A stretch of 64,000 bases of DNA from Vicugna vicugna (GCA_013265495.1 MU058065.1:4195003-4259002); one strand, 5' to 3'; positions 14,701-29,119 are shown, numbered from the stretch's first letter. Translations and numbers: made by a program. The notes: generated by a model not told the origin, from the letters alone.

Positions 14701-15488
14701 TCAATGCCAGCTCAGTGTGTGTGTGTGTCTCTGTGTGTGTGTTTATAGACATGCAGCACACAGAGAGGATCATATGATCACATACTTCTGAGTCAAGCAG
14801 ACTTTTGGGTTTAAAATCTCATTTTATACAGCTTTAGTCAAATTATTTCATTTCTTTGTGGTGCAAGAGATTCCATACATAAAATCAAAGGTGATAATTG
14901 GAACCCTAGACTTCAGAGAGTTGCAGGGGTTAAATGATGTTAAGTGGGTGAACGCGCCTTGCAGAGGAGGCCAAGAGCACTTTTTGGCTCGTTTGCCCAT
15001 TCTTCTCTGTTTAGCTTTGATTCACATGGTCCAGGTCTTCAACTGCATGAGCTGTTAAATACGCAATGAACTCTTAGTTCTTTTCTAAAAAGAAAACTCA
15101 AGCAAGCCATTTTGAGAACCCCACTGTCTTTTCCCAGTTAACATTAAAACAAGCTCAAAAAACAAGAACAAACAGACAAACTCAGCTGCATTGTTGAGCC
15201 CAGCATTCCGTGATTCTGCGGAATTCATTCGCTCCTGGAAGACCTGGGGCCGTGCGTGTGTCCCGGCAGAGCTGCGTGGTCTGTCCCTGGCATTGCTGAC
15301 CGCAGGGCAGCGCTCAGCCAGAATCTCACAAACCAGTGACTGTCCGCTTACGGTGCGTGCCAAGGAGCTGGAATTTTTAAGAGGGAGCCCGAAGGCCATT
15401 CAGGCCATTTGAAACCACAGTACAGTCTTCTGTAGGCTACAATCCCCAACCCTTTCTATTAGTTAGATACTAAATGGAAATATTATTA

Positions 15489-15863
15489 CAGATCTTTCGC
15501 AACTTATTACTCCCAATAAACCCATTGTAAGTTGAAGATATTGTGAAGTCAAAAATACATTTAATACACCTAGGCTACTAAACATCACAGCTTGGCCTCG
15601 CCTACCTCAGACGTGCTCAGAACACTTACATTGGGCAAAATCATCTACCACAAAGCTTATTTTATAATAAAATGTTGAAATAGCTCATGTAATTTATTGA
15701 ATACTATACTGAGAGTGAAAAACAATAGTTCTTTGGATACGTTAGGGAAAAGATCAAAATCCAAAATTCGAAGCATGGTTTCTACAGAATGCACATGGTT
15801 TTCCCACCATTATAAAGTCAAAAAATCGTGAGTCAAACTGTTACTAAGTCTCAGATTGTCTGC
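15489..15863. mobile_element. MER6-like TcMar-Tigger DNA transposon
   Basis: aataaacccattgtaagttgaa...catttaatacacct...gtgctcagaacacttacatt; CAG...CTG termini. Confidence 0.7.
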
Positions 15864-15889
15864 ATATGAAAATACGCCTTTATGGCTGA

Positions 15890-16290
15890 GTGGCTGCACT
15901 TTACCTACATGAGCTGCTGTAACCCCAAATGTCAGTTAGCAGGTTAATGTAATTAAAAATGATTTTCTGCTCAAGCGGCATCCAGTTGGCGGTGATGGGG
16001 GGAGAGTTGGTGGAGGGCTTCCAAGATAGCCCTGGGCACCACCATCCAGCAGACAGAGTATGGATAAGAGAGAAGGAAAGATCCCTAGGGGGCTAGTTCT
16101 GTGTCTGGTCTAGAAGAGGGGTGACCTCTTTAACCCTCATTCCCTTGACCCAAAACTCAGTCACATGAGCCATCCTGTTTGGGAATGGATCTAGAAAATG
16201 CAGTCCTTGTCTAAGCAGCTCCATTCCAGAGACAGTCGTTTGTGGAAGGGGAGCTCGCATCGTTGGACAGTTGGCCACAGGGGTCAGTCC
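15890..16290. mobile_element. Degenerate MLT1-type MaLR LTR
   Basis: gctgctgtaac...ccaagatagcc...cattcccttgacccaaaactcagtcacatg resembles old MLT1. Confidence 0.45.
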
Positions 16291-18561
16291 CCAACACCTT
16301 CGATTTCCGTCTGCAAACATTTAGCGTGAAGGCTAAGAGTTGCATCCCATTCCATTATTTAAATGGCGGGTAATAGGTTTGTATAAAGAATTTGTCTAAA
16401 ATAATCTGCCATCCATTTCTCTGGAGAAATAAGTAAAGAGTCTGAGTTAAGGGCTTTGTAAAGTCCTGCTTTGGATCACTTAGTTAAAGCATCATCAGTG
16501 CCCCCAAATCAGAGTCAGAAAACTCAGCAGAAGCATGTGTCTGTTGTATCCTTTGGTAAATGTTACCGTGCCCTGCTTTATTTTATAGTATTTGTTTAAA
16601 ATAGACTCTGTATGTACCGACCTTGGAGATCATTTTATGGGGGGAAAGTGCATCCCTCATACATTTTAAGCATAAGCTTAATTAATATTAATATTTTCAT
16701 ACTTAAATGTAAATGGACTTCATTTAATTCAGAGTCTTCTTAAGGCTTTAATTGAGAACTTGGTTCTTCGTCTCTTGTTAGCTAGGAAAGTGATCCCATA
16801 TCAATTTTGGAATCATCACGTTTGCCCATACCTTTTGTCTGTCTGTTTGCTTGAAAAACAATTTCACTTCTCAACTGTAAGAAACTGTGCTTGGGTACTT
16901 AGTGATACAGCAGCTACGAGCCGTGGTGAGCAGAGCTGAGTCCTTACAGCATCAGTGATGTTTCCAGGGAGGGTGGATGGGTACTGAGTCTTTTAATGAT
17001 TTTTACCTTAGAACTAGCAGAGGGCTAACGCAGCTAATTGCTTGAATGTAGTACAGACGGGATCATGTGTCCATGAGAGCACTCCGTACACTATTGAGTA
17101 CTATAAATGGCTGCAATCTAATAGTCAAAAATAGAGTTTGCCTGATGGTGTCTGGTGCCATAAGTAGTACAAAGGTCGGAGAAGGAATCCTTTCCTCCCT
17201 TTGGTGGAATGTGGAAGACAGCGATTAATATTAGCACCTGAGTTCTTAGCATCTCTGCCACGGCAAAACCGTTAATCACAAGGATACCATTAGTGCTCTG
17301 AAGCATTTAATTTTGATGCTTGACAGCATTTTAAAATGCACAAACCTTTGATAAAGAGCAAATCAGAGCCGTGGCATTGAAAATGAGAAAGAAGGAGGGA
17401 ACGAAAAAAAACTACCGTAGGCTCCAAGTAATTAAATTTAAATATGTTATTTGCCTGAAGCAGAGATATGTGTAAACTGTGGGTTTATTTTTCCTCTCAG
17501 GGAAAGGCCCCTTAAAGAAACATCATCTCTTTAAATTCAGATCCTGAAGAGGGAAATGAAACCCTGCTGTGGTCAAGAAGTCGTCTTCCCTCCAAAGGAT
17601 GGGCGTTGGGAACCACTGGCATTGCCAACTTTAGGTTTCTTGATGTCCCTAAAGGGCTGTTTTCACTCTTCCTTGTTCCACGGGCTGGAGACCTTTTGTT
17701 GTATCTGTTTATTTCCTGCCTTACTCCCTCCTCCCCACTAATCTGAGCCAGTAGTGAAATGCAGTCGGTCTGTTTCAGCCATTTCCCCACCCGAGATCCC
17801 CCAAACTGTTTTTAACTCAGTGCCTGTGATGCCGGACGCAAGAGAACAGTTTTACGGCTCACAAGTGAAGGACTGTTGTGCCTCCTTCCTCTTTTCTCTG
17901 TGTTTCTTTTTCTCTTCTCCGTCCTATTTGGGTGTCACAAGGACCAAACTGCTGCAGTAAAATGATTTTGTGGGTGTTTGATGGCAAGTCATTGAGGAAG
18001 TGAATAAAAGAAAATTGTAGCGTTCACATCAGTGGGAGATTGGGGAGGACTGCTGAGCTTTGAACCAAAGAAAGTTAAATTTACCGTTTTCCAAAAAGGA
18101 GGCACCCCTGTTTGACATCAAAGCACCTCCTGTAATTCTTCATTGCGAGACACACCACTGTTAGAGGGTCGTGATGGAGCCCCGAATCTGTGCCGCTTCT
18201 GTTTATCAAAAACACACACACAGAGAAAACCCACCTGTGCTACCTGGATGTGCTGTGGTCTGCTCTCACACCAAATGTAATCACAGTCAGGGTGGATTCT
18301 GCAGAGAAGAGCATTGCCAGTTTCTCAGGGGTATGTGGCATTTTGAATACAGAATTATTTGAGGGGGCGGAAATTTATCTTCCCTTTCTAGTGGAAAGCT
18401 CAGATCATTCAGCTTCCACTCTTCGTTGAAAGTTTCCTTTTATCCTCTTGGGTTTTTGCTTCATCTTTAAAAAGTGATATTTTCCTACCATAAACTTGTT
18501 TCCAGTGGGTGTGTGGATTGACAGTCTGTTCCACGTGCTTAATCTTGCCACCTCTATCCTG

Positions 18562-18575
18562 CCTGCAGAGGGCGC
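18562..18575 (+). promoter_or_regulatory. Candidate CTCF site CCTGCAGAGGGCGC
   Basis: Close match to the CTCF core consensus; motif evidence only. Confidence 0.5.
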
Positions 18576-20792
18576 TCTACTCTATTATCCTGACACTTGG
18601 ACAATGATGTCCTTTTGGTGGAATATCAGGTCTATATGAGGTACTAAGGGCTTCCCCTGGCAGTGACTTTGCATATACTAGTGGGCTTTGGAAGTAAACC
18701 GGGTCTTGTTAGGGGGTTCTAACTTGAAGGGAGTCTGAACACTATTCACCTTGGTAGTTAGGAAGTCCGGAAGACTGTTTGCATATGCCCTCCAGATAGA
18801 TACTCAACCATCAAAGGAAAGAGCAGTTCCTCAAAATGCTGTCTGTAGGCAGGTGCAGCAAAGACGAGTTGTAATGTTCACGTTCTTTTGAGTAACACTT
18901 GACAGCCTGTGTCTTTGAAAAAAGTTCCTAAGTGTCAGAGACCTCTTAGGCAACAGAGACTCCATTTAGAATAAGAACTGTCGTTTGCTTCACTCCTAGT
19001 TGTCAATATCTTAGTTAACCTAAATAGCAAAACCAAACCCACAAAAGGTCATCTGAAACAGGTGCAGCTATAAACTTGTTTTAGGGGTGACTTACTTCTG
19101 GTACTTTAAACTTAGAAAACACGTCACCGGCTAAAAAGGGTTTGTTTTTTTTTTTTAGATCTGTTTCAACATGCAGTTCACTCATTCATTTGATAAATTG
19201 ATTGAGCACCACTGTATGCCTACAAGATCTTAAACAGCGATCAGATAGAGACAAGCCTTGTGCTTATAGGGTGTTCGTTCTAATACCGTACATGCTTGTA
19301 ACTGGAAGGAAGGTTGTTTTACCAGAAGGGGAACTGCGAACATTTGTGTGACTCGTCCAAGGTGGCAGCTAGTAAATTTGAAAAACCTGAAATGTTATCC
19401 AAAATCCTTTTTAAATTCATTGATTTTTTTTTTCCGCACCAAATCGAAATGAAGCATACTTCACGTGGCTCAGGAAGCTTTTTCATCTTTACCTCATTTC
19501 ACACGTCGTCGGTGAGCCCTCTGCCCCGCAGAACCGAGGGGCTGCTGGTTTCCTGAACATTCCAGTCGTCTCTGTAGCAGTGCAGCTCTGCTTGGCCGTC
19601 TTTCCCCCTTTCTACGTTTTGTTTGCCCAACAAATAAATCTCGATCAAACTTCCCCAGCCTTACTACAGATCCTTTGATGGTTGCTTCTGTAGCCCACAA
19701 GGCACCCTCCACACTCTGGTTTCTTATCCCTGTTCCCGTCTGTTTAATCAAGTGTTGTTTAAGTTTTAGCTCTCGATTGCTCAGTTCCTCAAGCAAAGGC
19801 TTAAAGGATATTTGTAGAATGATTGAACAATGGTCAAATGGATATGTCAGCATGATTTGTAAGCAAAAAGGAGAAGAAATGGAGGCCATATTTTGGATTA
19901 AAAACTGCTGAAATCTCTTTGAGAGTAATAAGGAAAAGGTAGTTTTAGATACTGGTACTCAGGGCAGGAAAATGGACATCCTTCAGTCATTGAAAAGTCT
20001 GCTTCAAAAATCTGGAAATTCAGGGCTTAATTGAATAAAATCACAATACTTCTTGCCTTTATGATTTTTACATCCATCCACTGGCGTTCTCTAACCATAT
20101 CTCTGTCGACCAGCACGACCAGCTCTTCTGGTTGTGTGCTATGTCAAAATTCTAACCATTAAAGGAAACCTGCTTATGTCCAGGGGCACGAAACTTCCCC
20201 TAAAGCAAACATCTCTTATGAAGAAGGTCTGTGGGCAGAATGCCTTTCAGTCCAAAATGTACCTTTTTCTTTTAATGAGCTCACTTCCACCAACCCTCCC
20301 CTTCCTCCCAGCTTCTCCTCTCACTCCTCAGCAGGTGTCTTGCGTATCTGAAGACACGGTGTCGTGAGGAAGCGCCTACCGCTTCCTTCTCCCCGTGGCC
20401 ATGAGAGAACTCGGATAAGAAGGTTCGCAGGAGCTGTTTCTTGAGCTCTAGAAAATGGGTTCTCTGGGTTAACATTAAAGAGTGTCTTCTCTGTAAGATT
20501 ATTAAAAAATTCTCCACCTTTTTTTCAGTTAAGAGGCCAAAGAATAAGATGGCACGACATTGGATTCCAAAGATTGTATTTAATTTAGCTTTGTTTGCCC
20601 TTTTCCATCTTTGTCATTGTTTCATTGGTGCTCATTAAGTATGTGCTTGGTGGATGAGTCATTACTGAGGAAGAGCTAAGTCTCAGTAAGGTTTGGGGCT
20701 ATGAATCAGAGCACTCAGGGCAAGCGGGACCTTTTTTTTAACTTGGTTTTATTATGTTGATCAAAATTCCCTGTATGATTAGAAGCCTTCTT

Positions 20793-21395
20793 TTTTCTTT
20801 TTTTTTTTTTTCAGTTGAAGTATAGCCAGTTTACAATGTTGTGTCACTTTCTGGTGTACAGCATAATGTTTCAGTCATACAAACATAAACATATATTCCT
20901 TTTCGTATTCTTTTTCATTATAGGTTACTACAAGATGTTGAATATAGTTCCCTGTGCTATACAGTATAAACTTGTTGTTTATACTTGATATATATTAGTT
21001 AGTATCTGCAAATCTCAAACTCACAATTTATTCCTTCTCACCCCCTTTCCCTCCAGTAACCGTAAGTTTGTTTTCTATGTCTGTGAGTCTGTTTCTGTTT
21101 TGTAAATAAGTTCGTTTGTGTCTTTTTTTTTCCTTCTTTTTTTGGATTCCACATATGAATGATATCAAATGATATTTTTCTTTCTCTTTCCGGCTTACTT
21201 CTCTTAAAATGACTGTCTCCAGGTCCATCCATGCTGCTGCAAATGGCATTACTTTATTCATTTTATGGCTGAGTAGTATTCCATTGTATAAATATATCAC
21301 AACTTCTTTATCCAGTCATCTGTCGATGGACATTTAGGTTATTTCCATGTCTTGTCTTGTAAATAGTGCTGCTATGAACATTGGGGTTCATGTAT
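20793..21395 (-). mobile_element. 5'-truncated LINE-1 with target-site duplication
   Basis: L1 ORF2 end and 3'UTR; poly-T; flanks agaagccttctt (20781) and agaatccttctt (21396). Confidence 0.9.
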
Positions 21396-21570
21396 AGAAT
21401 CCTTCTTCTGAACCAAGGCACTGATTTGTCAAAGCTCCTATTAAACCATCTACTGGGGATGAGTGTTCAGTCCGTTATTTTATTAGCCTATTATCTCCTC
21501 TTCTAGTTCTGTTAGCAAAGGGCAGAGCCCTGAGGTGTCTTGAGGTGTCAGGACTCAGGACCCGAAACAC

Positions 21571-21719
21571 TTTTTTTTTAACTTTTAATTTTAACTTTTT
21601 GCAAGGGGGGGTAGTTAGGTTTATTCATTTAGTTTTTCAGTGGAGGTCCTGGGGATTGAACCTAGGACCTTCGGCATGCTGAGCATGTGCTCTACCACTT
21701 GAGCTATACCCTCACCCCC
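21571..21719 (-). mobile_element. tRNA-derived SINE (vic-1-like)
   Basis: ctggggattgaacctaggacc...ctctaccacttgagctataccct; aaacactt on both flanks. Confidence 0.88.
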
Positions 21720-21867
21720 AAAACACTTCTAAGTGGAGGAGGGTTTGGCAGTCTTGACCAGTGTGTGGAAACATACGAATGGTGACATTAGAGATGGTTT
21801 TAGGGAAGACTCAAAGGGAACACTACATAATAAATCCTGAATTCCCCTGCATGAAAGTTAGTTCCTA

Positions 21868-21987
21868 GGAGCGGAGGGTGTAGCTTAGTGGTAGAGCATG
21901 CGCCTAGCCTGCACAAGGTCCTGGATTCAATCCCCAGTACCTACATCAAAGATAAATAAATAAAAACCTAATGACCCCCCCCAAAAA
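21868..21987 (+). mobile_element. tRNA-derived SINE (vic-1-like) with TSD
   Basis: A and B boxes; TSD gaaagttagttcct / gaaagttggttcct. Confidence 0.9.
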
Positions 21988-24120
21988 GAAAGTTGGTTCC
22001 TTTTCACTTCCCTGTTAGTTCTTCTGATATCACCAAGGTCAGAATCTTAAGTTGTTGTCAGGAGAGTCCTTACTGCTTCTCAAACACTGGCTAAGCTCTT
22101 TTTTTTGGCAAAGCATGGAGAGACAAGACTATTTACATATGATTTTTTACATTTTATTAACGACAATATTATTACATATTTTTTATTTCTATGTTCTTTT
22201 CCTTTTTATGGTTACCGGCCAGTAATTGCAAGTGATAACAGTAATGGGGGGGTGGTTTCAAAAACAAAAGTGTGTCGATTTAAGAAAAATATTACTTAAA
22301 TCATAGTCCACGTGGCGGAGGGATGTGCAGCAATTACATGAGTGGCATGAGAAGACGGATGCTGGGGACCTCTGGGGTAGAGAAATGACGGAGAAACGCC
22401 ATTGCCAAGTGCCTCCTCCTGGGAAACGAGCCGCAGGCGGGGTGATGGCTTCCAGATGGAGAGTTGGAGCCTGTACCGGACCCAGGGTAGGAAAGGCGAG
22501 GACAGAACCCCCGTGTGGCTTATAATGTGGAGGACATCCAAGTGGCCTCTTCTCTCCCAAGTGGCAGTGTGGCAAAGCCCAGCTTCTCCCAAAATGCTGG
22601 TTCTCACCAGAGGAGCTGGGAAGCTCTCCTCCGGGGGAGGGACGCTGCCTATGGTAGGTCTGATTCTCAGCCCCGCTCGGTCACGGGTTGCTTTTGTCAC
22701 TGTGACCTGATAAAAGTGCTCTTCCGAAAAACAGCTGCTCCGAAAGAATTCAGACTTCACAGCCACACGACCTAAGACTTGTTGTAAATTAGAGCTATTT
22801 ATTCTCCTTTCCTCTTTAATCTCATTTCCCTCCGTCTTCATGACAGCTGAGTCAGCGTCCGCTCAGTTGGTTTATTTTGATGTGTGTGCCTGTGCCTTTT
22901 CCAAGTAGGGTAGCGTTAGAAATACTCTGTTAGTTAACACGATTATATTGTTAACTGCCTGCCGGAGATCTTGTGAGCACGTCAGTGGAGCTCATACTCC
23001 CTTTGAATGGGCCCCGGGAACACTGACTGCGGCTCCAACTCCTGAAATGGATATCAGGTTCATTTCCCACCCGCCGCAGTTTAGTGATAACCCAGCCAGA
23101 GAGAAACCATCTTAGTTAATCGGTGCCCTCCAAGGGCAGCCAGGCAGTTCTTTCCTGAGGAATCTGTCGATTATCAGAATCTGACCCAGAACATTTCTGA
23201 GGGAAAGTTCATTTTCTAACTTTATGATTTTTCCTCCCTCTTGCTTTTTTCGAACTGCCTCGCTTTTCTATTTCATTTCCCCGTCCTGAACATCAGCGTT
23301 GAAAGAGCCCCTTCTTTATGGAGTGGATGCTAAAGTGCTCCGTTAGGCAATGTATTTATTACCTGGAGTGAAATGACTTTTCACAGGCAGGCAACTTTCC
23401 TAGCTTCCTCACTGCCTCTATATTTAGGAAAGTCACTCCTTGCTTTCTGCTGGACAGTGGCTCTGTGTCAACCAGTGAAGAAAGAGAGAAGAGAAGTATG
23501 TGTGTGCGCGTGCACACGCATGCACAAGTATGGGGGGAGGGGAGCCCTAATATAGCTAATGAGCACATTTCCGGTTTTCATTTTGTTCAGATGTTCAGTG
23601 GCTTCCATTGGTCTGCTGCATGCAGCCCTGTTCATGCAGTTTGGTATTACTAACCTTGGGGTTGCCGTTGATGGAGAACATGTGTATCCCCTGTATCTTT
23701 CATTCGTGTTTATGCCTGAGACCCAATCTGGAATAGCTTTCAGGTGGGGGTGGAAGGAAAAGGAGAGAGAGAGAAACAGAGGGGAGAGAGAATGTGTGTT
23801 ATCATCTCCAGGCTCCCTAACGGAGGTGCCGGGCTGCCAGATGGCCACCTCCAAGAGGTGCTCTCTGCTGGAGAAGCTTCAGCAAGATTTCCCTGTATGA
23901 CTGGTTTGCGTCCCTTGCCTCCAGTATACCTGTCAGATGGGGTCAAGCAGGTTTGAAGCTAGCCCTATTCCGTTTTCAGCGACAATTTTACTCTTTCTTT
24001 ATTGTCCTCTGAGTTAGGGTTTGGCAGATGTGTGTGTATGTGTGTGTTGGGGAAGAGCAGGAGGACGACCCAACAGTGCTTGTTCCTCGGTGACTGTAAA
24101 ATATATATTCACAACTTGAA

Positions 24121-24210
24121 GAGGGTGGGGGTATAGCTCAGTGGTAGAGCACCTGCCTAGCATGCACGAGGTCCTGGGTTCAATCCCCAGTACCACCGTT
24201 AAAAAATAAT
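24121..24210 (+). mobile_element. tRNA-derived SINE (short form)
   Basis: gggtatagctcagtggtagagc...gtcctgggttcaatccccagtacc plus A tail. Confidence 0.88.
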
Positions 24211-24219
24211 ACTATATAA

Positions 24220-24435
24220 AAAGTAGGATGCTGGTTTCCAGGGGCCCGGGAAAGGGGAAATGGGAAGTTATTGTTTAATGTGTACAGAGTTTCAGTTGGG
24301 AAGATGAGAAGGTTCTGGAGACGGACCACAGCAATGGTTTGCACAACAATGTGAATCTGTTTAACGCCACTGAACTGTACACTTTAAAGATGGTTAAAAT
24401 GGTAAACTTTATGTTCTATATATTTTACAATAAAG
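24220..24435 (+). mobile_element. L1MB-like 3'UTR fragment
   Basis: ttattgtttaatg..tacagagtttcagtt...ccactgaactgtacacttt..atggttaaaatggtaaa. Confidence 0.8.
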
Positions 24436-25443
24436 CGATCACAACAAAATAATAGTAATAAATAAATACATAGATGTCTTTAAATACATATTCACAGTTT
24501 GCAAACAAATTAGACTCTATGTTCAATTTAGGAAGACCCTCTAATCTCTGGTTCTGCCAACCGGCTTTGACAGGTAAGATGACAGATTTCATGAATGCTC
24601 CCTCTTCTCCCCAGAGACAGCACATCTGTACCATTGTCAGTCACAGCAGAGCTGGATAACAGCTGGCTGGAGGTGTGACCACCACAGCGGAGAAGCAGCT
24701 GGGTTTTATAAATCTCAGATAACGCTTCTCCTCCCCACCCCTGAGAATACACCCAGTGGAGGAGGGCTTTTGTGTCTTTCTCAGTGGAAAGAGGAAGGTT
24801 TGCTACTCAGCAAGCAAAAGCAATATTTCAGCTCTTATAAAACAATTGCAAAATGCCATCTATATCCAGAGAGACCATCGTGGCTTTATTTGTGTTCTTT
24901 GTTATTTGCCTGGTTGTGTTCAAACTGGAAATTCTTACTGTAATTAAGCAATACTTTTATTTATTTGGGAAGTATGTAAGTTGTTGGCCTTCTGGCATTC
25001 TCTGCAGTATCCTTGGAAGACTTGCAAAGTCTCTTGCTTGTATAAAGTTGAAGACCGGCAAGAGGACACTCATAATACCTTGGAGGTTGGATGAGATGCA
25101 GTTTCTCTGAGCTTAAAGGGAGATTGTCCCAAGGCTCTCATGGCTAGCAAAATCTAAACAAGCAGAGGGCATTCTCTATGCCTCCAGCTTTTCTAAGGAA
25201 TGGCCCCAGGTGCCGTAATACTGCACGTGGACTTACCAGGCCTTGACTTCAGAGATTGTCTTTCTAAGACAAACCATATACCAAAAAAAAAAAAAAAAAA
25301 TGGAGAGGACCATAAAATGGTATGCTTTTGTACCAGGCGAAAGGAAAATGGGGATCTGGAAGAAGACAAGACAATTCTTCACAGTTTTCTGAAATAAGAT
25401 GACGTCACTGATTGACACCACCAATTTTTTCCCCCTAAAGTAA

Positions 25444-25608
<165 letters not shown>

Positions 25609-26589
25609 TAAGCAAAGTTCTTTTCCTTTTTTTCCTCCCTGCCTCCTTCCCTCCCTTCTTCTTTCCTTTCTTTTTCTCTTTAGTTTTTTGCTAGTTATAA
25701 ATCCTGGAATACCACTGAAGCTCAAAAACCAAATGCATTTTCCTTCCCAATCAAATCCAATTAGGAATTTTATGTATTAAGTTGCTGATTTTAAAAAAAA
25801 TAGGATAAAAAAGTGCACTATGTTTCTACATAGCTAATTCTTTTCTTTCTAGTAATGAAAACCATGACAGCTAAGCAGGTCTAATCTCTAAACCTTCTAT
25901 CAGAGAATGACTCATAAAAGTTGAAATAATGATCTGTTTAAGTAGATCACTGCTATTCAGAATCAAGGTGTGGATTTTGATGACTTTTAATAGAAAATCA
26001 GGGAAAGAAAATTGCATTCTTCATCCTCTTAAAGTTATAGAAAGACATTATTTTTACAAATAACTTGTCTCTTGAAGGACAGAATTCTGAAGAGAGCTAT
26101 TTGCATTCAAGATTGTCTAGAAAATGAACAATTGTCTTTTTCTTTTTAAAGATAATCACTTATTGGCTTCCTTATTAAAAGCAGAAAAGGGACAGTTTTT
26201 TTTTCCATTGAAACCAGATTATAACTTTTTTGACATTTTCTAGACAGAAAATAGAAGAAGAAAAGGGGCCTTCTAATAGTAGTTATTTCTTTTAAATTGC
26301 TGGGTGTGGAGTGAAGAAAGCCACCAATCATCATCTAAAGGTCTTTTCAAAAAAGATTATGGGTGAAGATCTGGATGTGGTCCGTATCAGCAATCATTCC
26401 TGAGCGCCACACTTCTGTCACCATCTGGGCAGTAACAATAGTACTTCTAACACTGAAGTGAATATAGGATTTAGAGTTTATCCGTCTCCCTTCACTTCAG
26501 CCTCTGAGTGGACTCCTTTAATACTGTACCTGGAGTAAGTTCCGGATTGATTTTGCCCCATTCCTTAAGTTCATCCTCTCCTATTGTAG

Positions 26590-26760
<171 letters not shown>

Positions 26761-27816
26761 TAGGGTTTTTTTTTTACAATCAGAGCAAATGCCATCACAG
26801 TAAAACCCAAGAAGCTGTAAATATTTTGTTGCAGTGGACATTGAAATTAGATAGCCAATGTCTGTAACTTAGAACTTTTCATGCTATTTAGAGAACTTTT
26901 CATAATTGTATCTGATTTGTCTTTTTACATGATTGAAAAGTGTCTGCTTTTCTCTTGTTTTGAGCCTTCTGCAAACCATGGAAAATGGGATTGCCAGACT
27001 GACTACCTGAGAGTTGCATAACTATGTTACATTAAGCTAGGACATTCTCTCCCTGGGAGGAGTAAAGAAGGCACCATTTTTTCCCCCTCTCTTATTTACT
27101 TCTAGGAATCTGTTTAAATCAAGTCAGATCAGTTTTTTTTTTTAAGCCCCTCTAGACAACTGTATCAATCTTTCCACATTGTGAGTTGAATCAACTGGAT
27201 GATTGGATCACAAATGATCACAGAGGGCATAGCTATGAATAAGCATTTTGCATAAGATATCTTCCCTTCATCATTAACAAACCAAAATGAAATCTACTTG
27301 ATAAGGAGACGGTGGAGCAGAACTTACTACATCAGTTCTAGAAAATAGTTTTGTTCACAAATCATTAAATAAGGATGAATTTTAAAAAGAGAAAGTCTAG
27401 AATTAAATCTGAAGAAGTTTGACATCCTTTGAGATTATCCTGGAAGGTTTCAAGGAGGAAGTGGCTTTTGAGCTGAGCAATAATAGGCAGGGTTTTTTTT
27501 TTTAATAGATGGAGGGGGGTTGGTAGGGGGTGACTTTCAAAACTGCTTGTTCATTTTGAAATTCCCAAGTGTCTTTCTCTCTAAAGAATTCATCAGATCC
27601 TTAAGTAAGAGTCTGGGTTGAGAGTAGAAAGGAAAAGAAGAGAATGTTTACCACAGGATTACGTAAGAGTCTTCTGGTGGAAGTTCTTCCTCCAATTATG
27701 AAAAGAATGTCTTTGTCTCATTAAGGCGGTCTTAGAAAATGCTGTCGCGGGAATGCTTAACGAAAAGCAAGATGGGCTGTGAGCATTTTAAATGGCCTCA
27801 GAGTTGAAACTTGTGA

Positions 27817-27993
<177 letters not shown>

Positions 27994-28395
27994 TAAGCAC
28001 AGCAGCCTCTCGCTGCCCCTGCCCCCTTCCCAGTTTTTATGAGGGAGCTTTTGGTCTCCTCCACACAAAGCTGAGGCTTTTGATTAGCATCATAAACACG
28101 GCATTTGCATCGCAAGCTCCCTCCTCCTTGCTTTGATCTCCCACACCCCTCCTAGCACTGCTGGGGACCCTGGTGGCAGCCCTCACAGCTGAGAGTGCTG
28201 GAAAGACCCAACTAATTCCAGGAAACTAAGCCAAAAAGCAGACCAATGGGAGCTTTCTAGATACTCTAGGCTGTGAGGTGTTACCTTTATATCTCTCTTA
28301 AGCTTGGACTTACTGCGGAAGGCCAAAAAAAAAAAAAAAGCCATGTGAAACCTGGACCTCAGATCTGAGCTCTGCCATCTGTCAGCTGTATTTCT

Positions 28396-28486
28396 CTTTT
28401 TTTAAATGAGGGTACTGGGAATTGAACTCAGGACCTCATGCATGCTAAGCATGCGCAATGCCACCGAGCTATACCTCCACCCCCTC
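28396..28486 (-). mobile_element. tRNA-derived SINE
   Basis: tactgggaattgaactcaggacctc...gagctatacc. Confidence 0.85.
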
Positions 28487-29119
28487 CCATCAGGCTCTAT
28501 TACGTCACCTCTTTGAGTCTTTTTTTCCTTTTTATAAAACAGCTATAATGAAATATCTGCCTCTAAGACTTACTGCAGGAGCATTTTGATAGGCAAAATA
28601 ATCTGGCACCCTGTAGGTACTTCAGCATGGTATTGGCTAATGAAAATGGTAAGCAGAGCAAGGAAGTGGGCACTACTGCGCGCTGTCTTTGGTGAGGAAG
28701 AGCCGTCACTGTTTCCAGAAAACAGCCTTTGAGCACTTTGTGGGCGTGGCGCTGTTCTTGGAAATGGATCTGAAACAGCAGATGACTGATTCTGTGAGCG
28801 TTTATAATCGAACTTGATACTTGAAAAACAACGTAGAAAGAGAAAAATAGAAATAGCCTTGCAGCATATTCTTGTGATGGCGTTTTTCTTACCGTGGTTG
28901 TCTCCATCTGCTCTTAACACTGCCTGGAGCCTCCAGAGGCAGCGGCGGGGGGCGGGGTGGCAGCTGCCCCTCTTCACGGTCTGCCCACATCCACGCCTTC
29001 TTTGTCTAATGAGTGAGAATCTTCCCCTTCTCCGACTTCCCCCCACCCACCGTAAACTGTTTTGCAAGGTGGGGTTAAAGAAAGCAAGCAGAATCTGGGG
29101 ATATCAAAACGATCCTTTT

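Noticed and set aside
22258..22841. Cluster of overlapping ORFs, up to 181 aa
   Set aside because: No recognisable domain or convincing exon structure; consistent with chance ORFs in a locally GC-richer intron.
24121..24200. Possible tRNA-Ala gene (and the similar copies elsewhere)
   Set aside because: The copies are multiple and diverged, with A-rich tails, TSDs and imperfect stems. They are SINEs, not tRNA genes.
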